Below are positions 49,577 through 61,114 of a stretch of DNA of 64,000 nt, piece after piece. Within the stretch, counting starts at the first letter, position 1. Each line of letters opens with the position of its first letter. The notes beneath the pieces were generated by a model, which had not been told where the DNA came from, did not search any database, and saw only the letters and a program-made list of their open reading frames with translations. Origin of the DNA: Macrostomum lignano (taxonomy: Eukaryota); contig NIVC01000581.1 in the NCBI GenBank assembly GCA_002269645.1, positions 434,001 to 498,000 of the forward strand. The letters are read 5' to 3'. Both the position numbers and the translations under genes were made by a program.

Positions 49577-51499
49577 TTAAGCAAGACACTTTATTCCAGT
49601 CTACATAGATATAAAATGGGTACTAGCATTAGCCAGGGAATTTGAAGGTGGGTCTGGCAATCCCTTTGGACTAAATAGCTATATGCAACCTTTAGATGTG
49701 CTATACAATAGCAGCAACTAAGCTGTTAGTTGCATATCTGCACATTAGGACAGGTGTAATCAATTATTATTATATTATAATTATTTGGGCTAGGGTCAAA
49801 TAATAATTTTGTAAACTTTTGTAAATTATTTTTTTGTAAAATAAGTCTGACTTAATTGTTTGCATATAGTAGATAAATAGTAAACGATGGTATATATTAT
49901 AAATAATGGCAATAAATAGTATATAAATAAATGGTACAAAAATCATCTTCCATTTTCTCTAATGTATATTGAGCCATTTTTTATTATTAGACTTAATCCT
50001 AATTCTAACTATAATACTTATAAAGATCTTAGTCTTATTCCTAATGCTATAATCCAAAAATCTTAAGGCTTTGGCAAAAATTACAAGTAGAATCCCAATA
50101 TAAAAAATCATATGAAATCAAAAAGTTATTTATTTATTTATCTACTAGTTAAATTCTTAAAAAGAAAAATTACTTTTTTATTCAACTTTTTCTTCAAAGT
50201 TACAAAATTTAAATGTAAATTGCAAAATTTGTATTTAAAGTGGAATACAAAAAATAGATCCTTAGTCTAAAGATACCTAGTTGGACTAAGCCTAGTAGGC
50301 CCCCTATGTTATTTTAGCTAAGTTAAACATTATACTATCAGTGTTTTTTTAATTATATTCTATTATTAGGCTAAAAGCTTAATACCCTAGTCTAGGTTAA
50401 TTAAAATATATAAAGAAAACAAATATCAAACTGCTGAAAAATGGCAAAATTTGATATTTGTAAACAGAAAGCTGAAAGCTAAACTAGGCCTAAAATAATT
50501 CAAATAGCTAATAGTAATTCAAAAAGTATACTTTTGCTCTAGTAGGATAATACCTATTTTTATAGTATATATATGAAGTATTATGAGTATTATAGCCATA
50601 GGCCTAGACTTATCATTATCTATAAGCCTATAATAGGCCTAATCATATTCTATTATAGACCTAGTCATCATTATCTATAAGCCTATAATAGGCCTAATCA
50701 TATTCTATTATAGATAGGCCTAGTCAATCAATCTTATTATTATAATTCAAGCAAATATTTTGCATTAGGCCTACTAAGCCTTAGGGTTACGAATTATAGA
50801 TATATAATATTAATACATGTGCTAGCCTATACTTCTTATAAGTTTTTAGTATTTCTATATGCCTAATAAATATCTACAATGATATTGCAGTTATATTGTG
50901 ATTTATACAAGTAAAATAGTCAATTAATAGCTATGTTGAATTCGCGCGCAAACTAGAAAAAAATTTAGTCTTTGTTTTACTAAGCGAAATATTACCAATA
51001 AATATATTTTGTTATAAACGTAGCCCCCCAAACCCTACATATACAAGTCATTTTGCTCCCAAATAAACCAACTAGCTTGCTGGCTATCAGGCTATATGCT
51101 TCTAGCTTGTTCATTCACTAAATCCATAGACTTATTCTTGAATTCTTATCAAGTTAGTTATTTACAAAACTAAAAAGTTGAAGTACCTAGAAACTTACTA
51201 AGAAAAGGGATTAGGGAAATATACAAAAGAAATTCAGAGAATAATTGCTAAGACCCTCTATTCCAGTCCAGGTAACTCCCTAGAGACTGAAGAGAGAGAG
51301 AGAAAACTTAACTTGGCTTAACTATTGAAATAGGCCTATAAAGTAAGAAGAAATACCCCTGTTACATAAACAACTGCCAAATGCCAAATGGCTATGCCTA
51401 GGCTAAGCCTAAGCCTAGTCTAGCTATAATAAATAAGTCAATTGAATAGGCCTAGCAACTGAAGACTTGCAATGCAAGTAAGTAAGGTCTACATAGGCC

Positions 51500-51693
51500 T
51501 AGTGGTGCAATTAGTGGGGGTGGGAGTAGTAGGATTGGTACCCTTATCCCTTTTTAGCCAGATTTAAGTCACAAGGGGACTAAGTGATTTTTGCCAAAAA
51601 TAGGCCCTACAAAGCTATCCTCTCTGCCCCCCCCACTTGGGTCTTTTACCCTCCAGAATCCACCCCCTCAACAAATTTCTAGTTGTGCCACTG
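51500..51693. mobile_element. Possible old hAT-type MITE (about 194 bp)
   Basis: Left end TAGTGGTGCAATTAG versus reverse complement of the right end CAGTGGCACAACTAG gives 11/15 matches. No convincing TSD. Confidence 0.3.
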
Positions 51694-54194
51694 CCTACCT
51701 AGGCCCCAGCCCTACCTACCTAGCACTGTTTTTAAATCAATATTTATAGGTCTAGTGTTATACTGTTATTATTCTATGATAATCTACAATTTATAGCATA
51801 ATCATGACACAAATGTTACTCTTAGGCCTAAGTAAAATATTAATTACAATCTAACTAATAGTACTACTGGATGTACTGGTAATTATGCACTAATTTACTG
51901 GTTATTTTATGTTTATAATTTTTACCATTTGCAACTTATTATATTATCTTAATTTTAAACAATAAATTAGTGTCTGAGTGCATGTGTGATGTACATCAAC
52001 TGGTACATGTAGGCTCTAGCAAAGCGTTTAAGCCAAAACCAGAATAATAATATGAAAAAAAACTGTTAGTATTAATCATAGCATACTCGTTATTCCTCTT
52101 GCCTTAAATTATTCTTTAACAAAAATTTTACCACGCACGATTTTTAGCTTCGCTTCTTGAATATGAAACTTTGCTTTTTAAAATGAAAAGTGAAATCAAT
52201 GACCAGTCTCCATTGTCATTTAGCTAACACAATATAATATTACCTATGGGCTGAGACAAAAAACTGAAACGAATCGAGGGACCCGAACTATTTGCCTTCA
52301 CTTATGTACTCGACTGAACCTTAAAATAATTGAGTTTTCAGGGAAATCGTACGTGTAGGTGCGTGCCTCCGTACGTCTGTTCAGCAAGCAAGATCAAGTA
52401 CAGCTCGTTTTCGACTGCGAGCTGTTCGTCTTTGAAACTGGTGCTGATCCTTTTTGCTTGTGGTCCTTGTGTGAGCTTTGCAGGCTACACATGCAGCCGA
52501 GGTAGTCGCTATAGCCGCGCTGAAACTACTATACATTAATTGCTCCCCCCTGCTCCGCGAGATCTTCATCGGACTTTCACTTCTCTGCATTTGATTTGCG
52601 TACCGCATACTGTACATATAGTTTTTCGTTTTGCAATCAGGTGATGCATTTTGGGTAACGATCCTAAAGGTTGTGTGAGCCGGCGAGTTTTAACAAGCTA
52701 TTGGGCGTGTTGTACAGGAATGCCCCAACAACTAGGGCCTCGCCTGAAAGCTCGCTGTTAGAAGACCATGCAAGGTTAGCACAAAAGATCCGTTAGCAAC
52801 ACGTGCCGTACCCGATGATAGTACTCCTCCCGGAACTGCTTGATCAAAGAACGCAGCATATCCGCATATGCTGCGACTACAGCATATCCGCACGCCCTAC
52901 TAGAGCGCACAGTCCTTGATTTGGTGAACTTGGGGAAGCAGTCGAGCTGCATGGACACACAGGGTACCTCGGCAATGAGCTGGCCGACAGCCTGGCAAAT
53001 TGCTGGTTGCTCTCTGGCAGCATCTGAGCCAAAACAACTAAAAATGATGGGTGCACTTTTCCGAATAATCTCAACTTTCATTTGTGTACATGTGTGAACG
53101 AATCTTAGCTGCAGCCGGATGCGAGTTATACTTTTGATTGCATTATAGCTTTGGCCTCGAGACTCTGATAATACTATATCAGCGCTACGAGAAGAGCTTT
53201 AGCTAATTAACACCTGATTCGCCGAGAAGAGTGCTTAATTCATAGAATTCAGTAAAGACATACAATACACTTCAAAGCGATATGATTTCTACGAGCGTAG
53301 AAAGCTCGCCAGCAGAGCAAGAACCTCTTGCGACAAAGTCCTCTCTGTCCCTCCGTGGTCAACGGGATTCAGTCCCAGCAACGCGTCACTTTTATCGGCT
53401 ATGACTTCGAGATTGACAGCAAAGACCCTGGATGACAGGTCAGTACAGAGCCCTTAACCCGATTTCGAAAGAGCCGGTTTGGTGAGCCAGTTCGCACGGG
53501 TTGCTGCAGGCGGCAGATTAGCCTAATCTCCGAATTAGCCGATTTCTGTCGTTTTTAGTTCTCCCTGCTGGTCTCGCTGTCAATTCTCTTCAGCTAATAC
53601 ATGTATAGGATCGGTCCAGCTGCTTGAATTGCCATATCTTCGCTACATTATAAGCTGACATCTGCATGGCAGGAGCTGTTGGAGGCCAGAGCATATGTTA
53701 TTAATTGATATTCTGAACCCATCAAACAACTAAAATAGAGCCATTGCTACTTTCATGAAGACCAGTTTCATGTATTTGCATGTTAGTTTTTGCGGTTATA
53801 CTCGCATATGACATTCAAACCATGCAGCTAGAAATTCATCATACTGTACGAGTATAATGAACGATCCCGAATATAAAATTACTTCTGTAAACTGCAGTGA
53901 AACTTGAGTAGTCCTTGGGTAAACAATTCTGGCAGTATGTAGCTCGTATGCATTTATCTATAGAAGCAGCAACCAACAAATCAAGCATTTCTGCATTGTT
54001 TGCATGCCAAATAGGCCTACTTATTGGGACATTGGATTGGGACATTGCACCGCATAAATGACAAAAAAGTCTTTCAGACGCATTTTGGAGTTGAAACATT
54101 CAAAGAATTTAAATTTGATACACCGACCAGAGAATATCGAATATGCATAGAATGTCAATAGTCTATCGTTCAATAGTGTCAATCGTTCCTTCCG

Positions 54195-54368
54195 GGACTC
54201 TACTTTTTGGCCATTGAGTTTTAGCGGGTGCAGTTAAAAAATTAGCTTGCATTTGAAACGCATAGCAGAAGAGAAAACAAATTCAATTAGCAAAATTAAA
54301 AATCTTTAAAGCAAGCGAGCAAGCATTTTGAGCTGAAACTTAATGTCTATGGCCAAAAAGTAGAGTCC
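54195..54368. mobile_element. MITE-like element, 174 bp, with perfect 20-bp terminal inverted repeat
   Basis: GGACTCTACTTTTTGGCCAT (54195-54214) and ATGGCCAAAAAGTAGAGTCC (54349-54368). No clear TSD. Confidence 0.55.
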
Positions 54369-54829
54369 TTCTTCTTCTGCAGACCTTCTATGTAGCATTT
54401 TTGTGGATGGAACGTGAGTAAAAGGCAATTAAACCACTTTAAAGCTCACTTTCAGGGAGGTTATTGACATAGATTTTATTTTGCGGGATTTAATCGATCA
54501 CTTTCCCGGACATATTGCAAGGATTATTGTATGTATCTAAATAAGCGAGCTTCTCTCTTCTCTTCCTTCGTGACTCGAGAAATTTCTTAATGAAATTTTG
54601 TCTATGGTAAGAATGTGGGGGCTTCGCCCCCACACCCCCCATCCCCAACTTCAACCATAGACATACAAGTTTGGCTCCGGGATTTATCTGAATACATCCC
54701 GCAAAATTAAAGTAGTTTACATATCTCTAAACTGATTTATGATAATCTCAACCAGGAGCCGTTGAATTCTTGTTTTGGTAAGAAAAATCGGCCACCATAG
54801 ACATCCTGTCATTTAACTGTCCGTGGGCC

Positions 54830-56130
54830 TGGTGCAGCAGGGCAGCTCCAACTGCGGACCTCCTGGTGGCATATCCAAAGCCACTGCTATGACCGGCACA
54901 GCCCAGTGAAGACCAGATGCATTGTCAATCGCTTTGTCGCATTTTCCAAGGTCTGGTTTGTTCCCAGTGCTGTTGCATAGCCGCTGCTGCTCGATGAGAA
55001 TCTGGGCAGTCAGTGCGCTGCATCGGGCCAGCCTGGACAGCAACTGCCGATTCGCGACTGCCAGCAACGCCTGAGGAAGTTCAGGATCGGGTGAGGTTTT
55101 GGGATACCTCGGGTCAGTGGTAGTTTGGAGTGACTTGAATACTCAACCGGATTACAAAAGCGATTATCAACTGCCATTACCATCTGCTGATGAAGCCAGT
55201 TAAAGTCGGGTACGCCTCCTGGATTCGAGTCCGGCCTACTGCTGAATCTGCTACTCGCAGAGCTCTTCATTTCAAGAATGCCTCCCAGAGAGCTAGTAGA
55301 GCGCCCCGTGTGGCTTGCATGGACATGTATACTGGCGTGAGCAGCCAGTCTCAGCATCGAAGCTTATCGCCTCGTTGATCAAGCTGAAAGAAATCGGCGC
55401 AAATCTGCGGCAATCGGCAGGCAAACAGGCAAGACTTACGCCCCGGTGGTTTGAGTGCTGAACATGGCAAGCAGAGTGCAGGTTTTCCGCTTGCATGCTT
55501 GCAATTTTTCAGCCCAAAGAATTGGCATGAAGCAAACATAACCAAGAAAATCTCAGTCCTTAACGGGAGTAATCATCTGGACCCCGATCACAGCAATATC
55601 CTGGGCAATGAGCTCGCGGATTTTATCGCCAAGGAAGCAGCAGCCGAGACGGAAACCACCGTCTGGTGAGGCTACCCATGCCTAGGTCGCAAATCACCCG
55701 GCATACAGGTGGCTCCACCAATAACAGAAGCTGCACTGAACAGTTGCACCGACTACAGGCAGACTCGTTTTGCAATGCCTCATCTGAACAGGAATGTTTT
55801 AAATATCTGATCTCACTTAAAAACCGACCTCAGGGAGATGTGCATGGTCCTAACTGGCCATGGATTCTTCCAGCAGATAATTCTCGTTGCTAACCGCCTT
55901 CCTTGCGGGGCACAAACACCTCGCGGCCACCCCCAGCGGATGGACGAGCTGACCCGGACAACGTGATCTTCGCGCTTTCGTCCAAGATACCGGCCGGAAG
56001 AGGGTCGCCGATGCCTCTCCTGCGAACCTGTCGGCTACTTGCGGGGGCTGGGTGCACCCCCAAGGTTAAACCTTGGTTACTTTTACCTTGGGATGCGATC
56101 GGGGCCTCGCGGCATAACCGTTCCCCACGC
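54830..56130 (+). pseudogene. Decayed non-LTR retrotransposon fragment (RNase H and downstream region)
   Basis: DHSNILGNELADFIAKEAA (about 55585-55645) matches the RNase HI C-terminal motif GHxGxxGNExADxxAKxAA. [10 protein letters not shown] (about 55840) matches the post-RNase H LTGH motif of RNase H-bearing LINEs. The region has many stops and frameshifts, so the boundaries are approximate. Confidence 0.55.
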
Positions 56131-57486
56131 AGAAGTCATCTTGCAAACTAGAAAATTTGGTGCAAGCGCGAGCGAGCTTAAAATCCTAAAGGTTCGAGTA
56201 TTGGATCGAAGGGGCATGTACTTTAGGTTGATGAAAATCGTGATAGTGAGACTGAGCTAGAAAACAGTTGCAAGCAGGACCTGCTTTTGAAAGCTTTAGT
56301 CTCAAGAACTACAGAAGCAGTAACCTACGAAATACAAGAAAATATGAAGTTTATTTGCATAGTGACATGGAAGCACTGAACAGCAATACAAATAATTTTC
56401 AAATATAAAACTACTTCAGCGAACTTACTGACTACGTTCTATTACAAGTGAACGCTCAAGTATAAAAACAGCTCTCACATTATCAGCACCGCACGTCACC
56501 GCAGAATGCAGCACAGTTATGTGCAACCTGTCATATCTGAATATCTGTCTCATAGCTTATTCTTATCAATTTAATTAATTTTAAGCGTCATTACGAATTG
56601 TGAGCAGTTTATAAGAAGCGAGCGCCGTAAATTTACAGTGTCAGTTTGTTATACAGTAATTGAGCTCAGTGAGTCATGCAGATATAGTTTCCAACCAGGA
56701 CCACTAAGATCCTGGTCGTGTATGATTCAACCAACCATATTAGGCATCGAAACAGGAATGCCTTAAGTAAGAGATCTGGACTGGGCCGACATGATCCAGC
56801 CGTTTTAACAAAATCTGCACTCGGGAACGAAAAGTTGTTCTCATGCATTATTCTAAACAAGGAATTATTTTATATAACGATGAAAAAGTATGGCAAGAAA
56901 AATAGAAGCTTTTAATGCAGACCTTGAAAGTTGAAATTCTGAGAAATAATCAAGGTAGAAAAAACTCCAAGTGCAATATGATTTTGTGTAAAATTTTGTG
57001 TATGCATGTCAGATAACTTTGTATATAAGTAGCTTATAAGTCAAAGCCCGTCGCCGCCCACATTCTCTCTAGGACTCCCTGATCAGAATCTCGTCCTTGT
57101 AGCTGGCACATGATCTGCATGGCTCACACTGATTGACTGAAAGAGCTGGCTTGCTGGGGAAGTGGGCAAAAGCTTCAGACAGAAAATGCTTTGGGTAAAG
57201 AGGCGAGCTTGCCGAGCCGCCTGGGAGAGGCCGCACGAAACGCGGCAGAGCTATCGCTAAACCGAGAGTCAACACTGATAAGATTTGATCAACTCGCAAG
57301 TGCGCGCACTCGCTGCGTGGCTTTGGGCCTGCCCTCCCACCTGAGCATTGGACGGCAGTCTGTCTCAGCTATGCGGTGTGGCCGAGCGCCCGAACGCGTG
57401 TAAAGCTTAAAAGCTCCACCAGTCTGGTCGCCCTGGCCCAGTAATAAAGCAACCAGCAACCAGCTCGGCTCGCTTGTGACCCATCC

Positions 57487-60001
57487 ATGTCTCGATTTGC
57501 TTCGCTACAGCTGCAGATTCTGCGATTGCTTCCGCAGCTGCTTCTGATTCTTCGGTTCTGCTCCAAAGCATCTGCCGAAGTAAGTCTGTCTGAGAAATTT
57601 ACCTGTTGCGTAGGGGTCAGTTATGACTAGCGTGCTAGAAATTGCTCTGATTTTCCCACCCAGATAGCTCAAATCCAAGCAACAAAATGTTCCGATGGCT
57701 CAGGCACTTGGAACCTGCAGTTACCCGTTTGGCCAAAGCTGTTCAGCAACTCGACCAGTGTAGAAATCTGCCTTCGAAATCGGATGAGGGAGTCTGTGGA
57801 GCGGCCAACCGTTGGCTGGGCCGATGGGGTTCTCCACCACTTAACGGAAGACAATTGCGTGCTGTTAAAGGTCTTTCAACGGGCGGAAGTGCCAGCGCTG
57901 CTGATGACTGGGAATTGGTCCTGTCCGCGCGATAACACGCATCAGACGATTGGGCTGACTCTGAGCGGCTCGGGATTTCGCCAGGAAATCAGCGTGGCCA
58001 TGCGCATGCGCGATGGTGAGCTAAACAGGACTGCATATGAGGATTTATAAGTAAACGGGTTGAAGGGGTTTTGGGTAACCCCTTCCACGAAGCCGCCTGC
58101 ATGTACATGTACACGCGGGCAGGAAATGGGCAAAAAGTGCGTGAATCCAAAGACCATGCACTCCAGAGTGCGGTGTCTCAGGCAGGACTGTTTGCGCACG
58201 TTGGCGTTTATTAAGCTACAATGTACTTTGAGCCAAAAAGTTTAAGTATATACAGCTTGTTCTGTTTAGACGTATGATAGCTGTTTTGGTGCACGTGATT
58301 TTTTTCAGACGGTTGCGAAACAGTGGAGACGATAAGCCGGCAACTCGAGCCCGACGGCAGCCTGGAGTCGTTGGTCTTCTCACTTTGCGCGCCGCAGCCC
58401 AGCAACATGTTGTTGCTGTTTGAGGGGTCAACCCGCCTAGTTCTCAACTCGCTGAACAAGGTGAGCATCTGCATGAACTTCTAGAGATGACCAGTTAAGC
58501 GCTAGTCGTAACTACTACATCTGCTCGTATAGTTATAACATTGTTATGCGTATCAAAGATATATAATGCAAACAGGAAGGTCAAATTAAGCCTTGAAATC
58601 GATCTTCAGGCCTTTAAAACTGATAACTTGTACCAGCCGTCAACTGGTATGACGGCGCCAAGATATCCCATCCAAGTTCCAACATTTGCAGATCTTGAGG
58701 GGATAAACGTAATGTGACAATGTCCCATCACAATAAGACTTCTGCGCCAATTACGTACCTGAACTTCAGCTGTTTCAAACTGGCTAAAAAGTCTCGCTGT
58801 TGACGGGCGCTTGTTTAATTAGGCCTAGAATCGAAACTCAAACTGTCAAAAGTCCAAACTCAAACTATCCAAACCCAATGAGATTACCTTCGCCACTGAT
58901 TCTTATTACATACAAACTACAGACCGGCCAGTACGTTAGAACTGCAAATTCTGAGCAGGTCTCATTTGCTGCTGAAGACTTGGCTAATCAGCTGGCACAG
59001 AGGGTCAACATGAAATATGGCATGAAACCGATCCAGGGCAGAGTCCAGGTAAATCAGGCAAGTCTAAATTAATATATTTCCAGGCCCGAGTTCGCATCAC
59101 TCTTTTGTATGCCCTTTCAGATCGACTGTCATCCACCTGCAGGATCCAGGTGCTCCTGCTATAAGTTAGGTTCGAACACCAACTTGCTCTTCTGTATCTG
59201 ATCTCCCACTTGTAGCTCTGTATGCACACGCTCGATGTACACCTGTATCCAACTCATGTTTTAGGTACCAAATTGCGTTTAAACCCACCGCATATGCTGC
59301 CCCCCGCCGAGCAGGATTGGGCTTTGATTTGTGCTCTGGCATCTGTCGGTGCGTCTTTAGTATTTGCAGTTCCACCAGCTTCAATAGCACTAATCTGTGA
59401 TTTCCGTTGCTGTTCCACAGCCGTCCTTCTGCTGATCCTCGTGGCCTACGGGCGACCATTCGCCCGTCGGATTTCAACGCCAAAGATTTTAATCGTCAGT
59501 TTGGACGCCGAAGTCGCAGCTGTGAGCGGCCAGCTGGCCGGCCTGGCGCTGCCTGGCCTTCGGCTGCTGCTGCTCGAAGGGCACCGCATCAGCGAACGCT
59601 CGCTGCGGAGAGCCCTGCAGCGGGACAGCCTAGCAGCAGCAAGGACATTCCTGCTGCTGGGAATCGAGAAGGCTCTGCAGGCAGTCGATAAGGTGGATGA
59701 CGATGAAGCAGATCAAGAAACTGCTGTCGCGCGAGTCGGTCTAGACGCGTGGCGCATGGAGAGTGCCCGATTCTCGCTGCTAATTTATCAGCCGCCAACG
59801 CACGCAGAGAATGCGCAGCCGGTGCTGGAGAGGCTGCTACAGACTCTGGGCCGAGCGGAGTCTCACAGCGGATCGCCACGATGGGCAATCGTTCAGGACG
59901 TCGAATCAGCAGCTGCGTATTTCAGGGAGAAGCAGCGCGAAATCGAAGACAGAGGATCATCAGAAGACTCTGATGATGAATTTGACGGGACAGCCGTGTA
60001 G
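57487..60001 (+). CDS. Single-pass type I membrane receptor with SEFIR/TIR-like cytoplasmic domain (IL-17 receptor-like), 7 exons, about 478 aa
   Basis: Exons are 57487-57579, 57664-58015, 58309-58460, 58923-59048, 59121-59169, 59265-59348 and 59421-60001, totalling 1437 nt in frame. All introns are GT-AG with matching phases, and the exon 5 donor GTTCGA is weak. The model has a signal peptide MSRFASLQLQILRLLPQLLLILRFCSKASAE, a Cys- and N-glycan-site-containing ectodomain, and a TM ALICALASVAVLLLILVAY. The tail KILIVS...LLLLEGHRISERSL resembles the recalled IL17RA SEFIR KVWIIYS...LDLLEEQAISEAGV. Gene structure is better supported than the family call. Confidence 0.6.
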
Positions 60002-61114
60002 GCGTGAACCATCGTGTCCCTATCGAATGGCCGTTTAAGGGGTAAGATTTTTGCCTCGCTTCTGACGGAAGCCGTGTAGCTCAGCTTTGTAGGGTCAAAA
60101 ATAAGAAAAACAGGTAATGAGCAAATGCTTACATGTGTAACTCCGTCCTCTTTGGTGCCCCACAGGTTTGCGCTAGTCACATGCCCAAGACTTCCATGAG
60201 CCACTGAAGTTGCCGCGCTGTTAAACAAATCCGCCCAACTGCCGCGAACGCAGTTTTTGAATTGTTTGCATATCTAGCTGCATGCATCGTGTTCACTAGT
60301 TTTTTACCAGAACTGCAAATGTACTCGTACCAATGTGAATAGCAAGCTGAGAAGTTTTACAGCCTAAAAGCAGCCGACAATGCAGCCGAACAAGGCCTTT
60401 GACAAGCAAAAATTCATTTCCACCGTATCATCGGGACTCGAGAGGAATCCATTTTTGCCTATCAAACTATTGAACTAAATTACATGTACAACAATATACT
60501 ATGCTGTACCTTAAATTACACGGCTAAAGGACATGCTTTTCCGTCCTTTAATAAGGACTTTTTTCTTCATTAAATTCTGTACATGTAACTATTGAATATT
60601 GTACGCAGCTAACGCAAGAATATTGAAGAAACAAAGACTTGCCCAGGCTCTGATCGCGCTACTTATTAATAGAAAACCAATACAGGAAAAGGAACAACCA
60701 GCCTGAGTTCGAATAGTTTCAGTCCCACCATAAAATTAATACTTCTAATTTTATTATCATCTCGTAAATCATTCGATTTAGGACTAACTATGGATTTAGA
60801 GGATGCACAAATACAATGCCGATCACAGGATTCGAACTCGGGACTGAATAATCTATAAATATACTAAATCTCTTTATTTACTGTTTATTCAAATATTGTT
60901 TGGACACTATAAACTGGGACCTCTTTTGGCGTGGGCGAATATATCCACACTTTAAAATAAAGCTTATTCTGATATTACTACTGATTACTTACAAGTAGTA
61001 GGCTAAATCGAAAAAGGTCGGAAGTTTGTAAAAAAACAGTGAATTGGTGATTACTTAAGAGTCAAGGGAGATTTTTTGTTTCGGAACAGTTTCGCAACAG
61101 TCCTGCGGGTTCAT

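Larger units (their letters stand above)
46695..49785 (+). mobile_element. tRNA-derived SINE (46695-46787 + 49577-49785) split by a piggyBac insertion
   Basis: tRNA-like head with A-box CAGCCCAGTGG (46703) and B-box GGTTCAATTC (46747). Removing the piggyBac gives TGTATCCTTAAGCAAGACACTTTA, which resembles the central TCCTTG(A/G)GCAAGACACTT motif recalled from many tRNA-SINEs. It ends in an ATT-rich tail, and a second 3' copy lies at 21131. Confidence 0.65.

Noticed and set aside
52330-53230. Short ORFs on both strands (for example 52776-53081 minus)
   Set aside because: No recognisable motif or consistent splice model. It may be decayed TE or exon sequence, and a BLASTX search would be needed.
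57069-57566. Minus-strand ORFs with hydrophobic stretch
   Set aside because: Non-ATG start, no motif, and partly antisense to exon 1 of the receptor gene.
60820-60855. Minus-strand B-box (GTTCGAATCC) suggesting a tRNA
   Set aside because: No matching A-box or stems were seen. At most it is a SINE relic.
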